Source: Ktedonobacteraceae bacterium (GTDB lineage: Bacteria; Chloroflexota; Ktedonobacteria; Ktedonobacterales; Ktedonobacteraceae). From it: a stretch of DNA of 64,000 nt. How positions within the stretch are numbered: the first letter of the stretch is position 1; each line of letters begins with the position of its first letter. The stretch covers positions 13,264 to 77,263 of the forward strand of contig DAOTTL010000166.1 of the NCBI GenBank assembly GCA_034438135.1, in the 5' to 3' direction. Below are positions 61,733 through 64,000 of this stretch, one piece after another. The notes beneath the pieces were generated by a model. The model saw only the letters and a program-made list of their open reading frames with translations. It searched no databases and had not been told where the DNA came from. Both the position numbers and the translations under genes were made by a program.

Positions 61733-64000
61733 TCATAGTTTGCTGACCTGAGAGGCCATAGCGAAGCTGATGCTCAATTGTTGTGCCAACTCCTGTACCT
61801 GTGGTGTTTGCAGCAGCGTATAGTGTGTACCTGGCAGTTGATGGACGATACCCTTTGAAGAGAGCAGCGATGCCCAGCCGCGATCTGCTGACTGGTTAGC
61901 ACTATCCGGTCGCACGCTGGCATTAAAAAAAGTCACGGGACCTGCATATGGCTGTGCGCGATAATGTTGGATTGCGAGCGCGTTGCTCTTAAAGGTACGG
62001 AATAGATGCTCAATCTGGGCCAGACCAGTTCCCGCAGGCAAGATCTGAGCCTGTTGAGCCTGCTCTAATAGCCATAGAAGCTGTTGTTGCTCGTCGAGTT
62101 GTTTCCATTGAGAGACTAACGGCACTAAGGAAAAACCGAAAAGGGCACTGAGATCCTGGACAAAGTGAGTCATAATCTGCAACTCACTGATCGGATGGGC
62201 CTGGTGAAGTGCAGGTGCGTCGCTATCAATTAAAGCGAGTAGCGCAACGTTTTGCTGCTGGCGGCTCAGTTGCTGGGCCATCTCAAAGGCAATGACTCCA
62301 CCAAGCGACCACCCTCCCAGGAGATAAGGGCCGTTTGGCAAAATCTGTTGAAGTGCTTCAATATAGTGGGTTGCGAGCTGTTCCAGAGGAATATAGACCT
62401 GACCGGCGGTTAAATCGGGCATCTGTAGAGCATAGATGGGTCGCGTCGTGCCCAGGTACCGCGCAAGCTGAACATAACAGAAGATCTCGCCCCCAATGGG
62501 ATGGATACAGAAGAAGGGTAGTGCATCTCCTGCTGTTTGGAGCGCAACCAGGGGTGTGCGTGCTGGTATCTTCTGCTGGAGAACTTCTGCCATCTGTTCA
62601 ATGGTAGGAGCTTGAAAGAGGATTGAGAGCGGAAGCTTCAGCGAGAAGGTCAACTGGATCTGTGCAAGCAGGCGAACGGCGAGCAGAGAGTGTCCACCGA
62701 GCGCAAAAAAATTATCAGTCATGCCGATAGGCTGCACCTGAAGCAGATCTTCCCAGATGCTCACAAGCTGTATTTCTATACTCGTGCGTGGCGTAAGCGT
62801 CTCTCCTGTCGGCTGCTCGCGACTGCTCGACGCTGGTGGAGGGAGTGCATGGCGATTTACTTTCCCGGTGGTAGTCAACGGGAACGCTGCCAGAAAGATG
62901 AGATGCGAAGGAAGCATATAAGAGGGGAGTCGTGTGCGTAGAAATTCTTGCAGCGTAAAGGCAGAAGCCTCTTCCCCTTCAGGGACTACATAGGCCACCA
63001 GCCGCTTTACCCCGGGTGTATCTTCGCGCAAAAGCACCACACTCGCACGCACCTGAGGATGTTGATCGAGTAAAGCTTCGATCTCACCCAGCTCGATGCG
63101 ATAGCCATTGAGTTTCACCTGTTGATCAAAGCGTCCAATATATTCCAGTTCACCGTCCGAGCGATAGCGTACCTGATCCCCTGTACGGTAAAGTCTTGCT
63201 CCGGGCTGCGGACTAAAGGGATCGGGCACGAAGCGCTCCGCGGTCAGGTCGGGTCGCTGGAGATAGCCGGTCGCGACTCCAGCACCACCGATGAAGAGTT
63301 CACCTGCGACTCCATCTGGTGTCAGGTTGCCATAAGCATCAAGAATATAGGTTGTGGTATTGATCAATGGTCTGCCAATGGGGATGCGTTGCTCTACAGA
63401 CTCTAAGGGCCAGAACGTTGCATAGATAGTGGTCTCGGTGGGGCCATAAGCATTGATAATCCTGGCATGAGGCAGCAGATCTTTCAACTGCCTGGCGAGC
63501 GAGGTGGGAAAGGGCTCACCACCCAGGATCACGTAGTCAAGGGTACTGAGCGCCTCACAGGTGGCTGGATCGACCAGAAGAAGTTGCATCAATGAGGGCG
63601 TGCCTTGAAGATGGGTAACGCCGTAGCGTGTAAGCTGCGCCGCGAAAGTAGTCTCGGAGTGTTGAGAATGGCTGAGATCATCCTGGATGATGACGTGGAA
63701 GCCGCGCGTAAAGGTCCAGAGAATTTCAATCACGGAGATGTCGAAGGCAATGCTGGCCGCTGTCAGCCAGACGCCGGGTCGTTGCATTTGCAGGTAGCTA
63801 TCCGTAGCGGCAAAGATATTGAGCACGTTGCGACGATTGATCATCACCCCTTTGGGCAGACCCGTTGAGCCAGAGGTATAGATAAGATAGGCGATATCTT
63901 CGGGGATACCCCGTGGAACCGGGTTGGGGAGATCGCTGCTCATTGAGATCTGCATGATCTCATCTATTTTGAGGAGTGGACCTGCATAGGGTGGCAGCAT
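61733..64000 (-). CDS. NRPS, C-terminal part only (continues past right edge): ...A-T-TE
   Basis: Motifs present: A3 IAYLIYTSGSTGLPKG, A5 NAYGPTETT, A7 YRTGDQVRY, A8 GRFDQQVKLNGYRIELGEIE and A10 TTTGKVNR. The T domain reads FFALGGHSLLAVRL (Ser codon 62687-62689). The thioesterase has FFCIHPIGGE, GGWSLGG (Ser codon 62306-62308), LIDSDAP and LPGTHYTLL. The A1/A2 cores are missing, so the Met at 64000 is internal and is not the start. Confidence 0.92.
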   Translation of the reverse strand: MLPPYAGPLLKIDEIMQISMSSDLPNPVPRGIPEDIAYLIYTSGSTGLPKGVMINRRNVLNIFAATDSYLQMQRPGVWLTAASIAFDISVIEILWTFTRGFHVIIQDDLSHSQHSETTFAAQLTRYGVTHLQGTPSLMQLLLVDPATCEALSTLDYVILGGEPFPTSLARQLKDLLPHARIINAYGPTETTIYATFWPLESVEQRIPIGRPLINTTTYILDAYGNLTPDGVAGELFIGGAGVATGYLQRPDLTAERFVPDPFSPQPGARLYRTGDQVRYRSDGELEYIGRFDQQVKLNGYRIELGEIEALLDQHPQVRASVVLLREDTPGVKRLVAYVVPEGEEASAFTLQEFLRTRLPSYMLPSHLIFLAAFPLTTTGKVNRHALPPPASSSREQPTGETLTPRTSIEIQLVSIWEDLLQVQPIGMTDNFFALGGHSLLAVRLLAQIQLTFSLKLPLSILFQAPTIEQMAEVLQQKIPARTPLVALQTAGDALPFFCIHPIGGEIFCYVQLARYLGTTRPIYALQMPDLTAGQVYIPLEQLATHYIEALQQILPNGPYLLGGWSLGGVIAFEMAQQLSRQQQNVALLALIDSDAPALHQAHPISELQIMTHFVQDLSALFGFSLVPLVSQWKQLDEQQQLLWLLEQAQQAQILPAGTGLAQIEHLFRTFKSNALAIQHYRAQPYAGPVTFFNASVRPDSANQSADRGWASLLSSKGIVHQLPGTHYTLLQTPQVQELAQQLSISFAMASQVSKL
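61736..62530 (-). other. Type I thioesterase (TE) domain
   Basis: It carries the GWSLGG nucleophile elbow (Ser at 62306-62308), a candidate Asp in LIDSDAP and a candidate His in PGTHYTLL. It lies at the C-terminus of the protein. Confidence 0.85.

Noticed and set aside
63998-64000. An ATG exactly at the right edge as the start of the A-T-TE gene
   Set aside because: The translation begins mid-A-domain, just before the A3 core, with the A1/A2 cores and any upstream domains missing. The Met is internal and the gene continues beyond the window.
1-64000. Mobile genetic elements, integrases or transposases, tRNA or rRNA genes, and toxin-antitoxin or defence-system genes
   Set aside because: No ORF outside the NRPS/PKS genes shows the corresponding motifs, and no tRNA-like cloverleaf was evident in the few intergenic regions. 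Only short non-autonomous repeat elements were seen.

Overview
About 95% of this 64-kb window is minus-strand coding sequence for one very large hybrid NRPS/PKS locus. GC content is about 54%; the taxon cannot be determined from the sequence alone. No rRNA, tRNA, CRISPR array, transposase or integrase was found.

In transcription order (right to left) the genes are:
- the 3' end of an NRPS ending A-T-TE (61733-64000)
- a 91-aa ORF
- a 3-module NRPS (50969-60808)
- a 3-module NRPS containing one E domain (39787-50979)
- a minimal KS-AT-T PKS (36713-39790)
- a C-A(MT)-T NRPS ending in a degenerate C-like domain (30585-36596)
- a translationally coupled 111-aa ORF
- an MbtH-like gene
- a class A FAD monooxygenase
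- a 1.3-kb repeat-rich non-coding gap
- an MFS transporter
- a loading-type NRPS, A-T-C-A-T (20459-25669)
- a 3-module NRPS (10691-20452)
- a second minimal KS-AT-T PKS (7531-10677)
- a C-A-T-Cy-A-T NRPS (748-7323)
- the 5' end of a further NRPS (1-751), absent from the ORF track, which begins with a TubC-type docking domain

In total there are 15 A domains and 2 KS domains.

The points most worth a second look are:
- a terminal C-like domain whose HH catalytic motif reads RY, sitting behind an E-type carrier domain with no E domain
- two near-identical A domains with Val in place of the amino-group-binding Asp235
- module and sub-domain duplications, including a homology break at the A3 core
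- gene order that is not colinear with assembly logic (TE first, loading module in the middle)
- an intergenic region containing 11 exact copies of TGCGTCA/TGACGCA and an eight-unit, roughly 21-bp tandem array
- short hairpin repeat elements, one pair of which brackets the monooxygenase gene

All domain calls come from motifs read by eye in the translations. Substrate codes were extracted by hand and are provisional.
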